Below, piece after piece: positions 62,396-64,000 of a stretch of 64,000 nt of DNA. The position numbers and the translations under genes are program-made. The stretch lies in IMG/VR virus record IMGVR_UViG_3300021255_000050, positions 32,001 through 96,000 of that record. One strand, given 5' to 3'. Positions within the stretch are counted from its first letter, which is position 1. Every line of letters starts with the position of its first letter. This DNA is from a virus (taxonomy: Duplodnaviria > Caudoviricetes). Under the pieces are notes generated by a model. That model had not been told where the DNA came from. It did not search any database and saw only the letters and a list, made by a program, of their open reading frames with translations.

Positions 62396-63409
62396 TTAGC
62401 CGATGAGATAGCCGCCCAGATTGGGGAGCCGATCCATCGTGATGAAAGAAGCACCAAACCACAGACGCAGCGTAACTTCGAGAGCTTCGTCGTCTGCATC
62501 CTGACGCTCGTAGGACCGCACGTTACCTTCGGTGATGATCTTCAGGTTGCGTGCATCGCCGGTGTAGCCGCCGGGAACGATATACAGCCAGTCCTTGGAC
62601 AGAATGTTCCTGGTCGTTCCGGGATAGTAAGCATTCTGCATGCAGACCAGCTCAGCGCCATTGTAGGTGCCAAGGTGACCATTCGCATTGGCCTGGTCGA
62701 TCATGCCGTCAGAGTAGGACTTGACGGTGGGGTCGAGGATAGCGCCGGCCAGCCCGCTCACCTTGCGCAGAGCGCTGTGGGTACCAAGGATACCAACGGG
62801 GCCAAAGTCGGCGAAGTAGTCGATCATGCTGTCCAGAGTAGCAGCAACAACACCGGTGCCGGTGCCATAGAAAGGAGTAGCATAAGAACCACTGGACAGA
62901 GCAGCCTGCAGCACACTCTGCACCTTTTCGATCTCGATGCGAACGATCGCGTCATTAGCTTCTTTGATGAGGTCAGACATCTGGAAGCGGCCACGCAGAA
63001 GGTCGCCGATCTGGATAGTGGGGCGAGCAGCAATTTCCTCGGTATCGACGGAAACCTGCTTCTCTGTCACGTAGCTACGGGAGGGCGTGCTGCCCTTGGC
63101 CTGAATCTGGGCCATGATGCCGCGAGTCTTGATATTGAAGGCAGCCTTCTGACCATAGGCGACATGCTTCTGGTCGGCGAGCTGGCCGAAGAAATCAAGA
63201 GCATTCTGCTGCAGTTCATTCACGCCATAACCAATGGTCTGAGCAAAGGTGTGGCGGTTAGCAGGGCTGAAGTCACTGATAAGATCATGAACGATCTGGT
63301 TGGCTTCAGCAGTGGTGTTGGAGTCAAGACGTTCCCCGCGAGCCTGCGCTGCGAGGACTTTCACGAAATCGCAATCGCTGCGAACATTAATGTCAGCCAT
63401 TTCATTCAC
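62396..63409 (-). CDS. Major capsid protein
   Basis: 337 aa, strong codon bias, synteny after the decoration gene and before neck genes; HK97-like size. Confidence 0.75.
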   Translation of the reverse strand: MNEMADINVRSDCDFVKVLAAQARGERLDSNTTAEANQIVHDLISDFSPANRHTFAQTIGYGVNELQQNALDFFGQLADQKHVAYGQKAAFNIKTRGIMAQIQAKGSTPSRSYVTEKQVSVDTEEIAARPTIQIGDLLRGRFQMSDLIKEANDAIVRIEIEKVQSVLQAALSSGSYATPFYGTGTGVVAATLDSMIDYFADFGPVGILGTHSALRKVSGLAGAILDPTVKSYSDGMIDQANANGHLGTYNGAELVCMQNAYYPGTTRNILSKDWLYIVPGGYTGDARNLKIITEGNVRSYERQDADDEALEVTLRLWFGASFITMDRLPNLGGYLIG

Positions 63410-63413
63410 CTCA

Positions 63414-63857
63414 TTACGCAGTAAACTTTCCGGTAGCGGCAGACTTCAGGGTATCGCCGACTTCATAAGTAGACGGCAGGGCTGCGAGCTGGTCGGTGGT
63501 GACTTCTTCGCCAGCTTCCAGCTTGTGGATGCGCACACGCTTGCCGTCGGCGACGACATAGGTAGCACCATCCCATTCCTCATTGCTCTCGTTGATGAGA
63601 ATGAGGTTCTCAACGAGGTACAGCTCGTCGGGGTCTACAACATGCAGGGCCAGACCCGGAGTCCCTTCAAACACATCACGCTTTTCGACCACAACAAAAG
63701 CTCCCTTGTTAGCAGCAGGGAGCTTTACTTCAACAGTATGGTTCGTGGTGTCCGGGGTGAGAACCACGAGCATGCCGTTGGCGAGGTCGGCGCCGGTCTT
63801 ATTCATGAAGCGACCTTCATAAACGCGATGAGTCAATCTAGACATAAAACCAGCCAT
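63414..63857 (-). CDS. Putative capsid decoration/stabilising protein
   Basis: 147 aa directly upstream of the capsid gene; L.NG.LV and G..VRI..L..G motifs. Confidence 0.55.
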   Translation of the reverse strand: MAGFMSRLTHRVYEGRFMNKTGADLANGMLVVLTPDTTNHTVEVKLPAANKGAFVVVEKRDVFEGTPGLALHVVDPDELYLVENLILINESNEEWDGATYVVADGKRVRIHKLEAGEEVTTDQLAALPSTYEVGDTLKSAATGKFTA

Positions 63858-64000
63858 AGATATTCACTCCATTTTCTTCAAGTTACAGCAGCGAGTAAGT
63901 CTTCACGCGGTCCTTTTCTTTAAGCAGGGAGTACTCCTTGCCACCGACTTCGACCTCAGCGAGCATCTTGTTCTCAGCTTCGCCGATAGTGCTGCTTTCG

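Overview
A 64-kb segment of a large temperate siphovirus, probably infecting Bacillota/Clostridia (inferred from gene content, SD sequences and sigmaA-type promoters). It has two convergent arms that meet at an intact attP. The + strand arm (1-23.0 kb) is an early/accessory region: many small Zn-ribbon and hypothetical genes, two Tad2/DUF2829-like genes, HNH, RuvC-like resolvase, dUTPase, DHH phosphoesterase, RNA ligase, intron-split nrdD, nrdG, tRNAs and tRNA-like RNAs, and a tyrosine integrase next to a tRNA-Val(GAC) 3' half. The - strand arm (64-23.3 kb) is the morphogenesis/lysis operon: capsid, neck, major tail protein, frameshifting tail chaperone, giant tape measure, Dit, Tal, fibre genes, a complete diversity-generating retroelement and the lysis genes. 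The top finding is in the major tail protein gene. It is split by two tandem group I introns around a 12-nt microexon and ends in TWO paralogous terminal exons, each preceded by its own group I 3' end (P9-type hairpin + terminal G). Both exons restore the same frame and codon and show synonymous-only divergence over 15 codons, so this looks like ribozyme-mediated alternative splicing of a phage structural gene. The second finding is the ~5,143-aa spliced tape measure protein: it carries a DFDGD two-barrel RNA polymerase signature and a PD-(D/E)XK nuclease-like domain at its N-terminus, and is itself interrupted by a GIY-YIG-encoding group I intron. All calls come from reading motifs and base-pairing by eye; no database searches were run.
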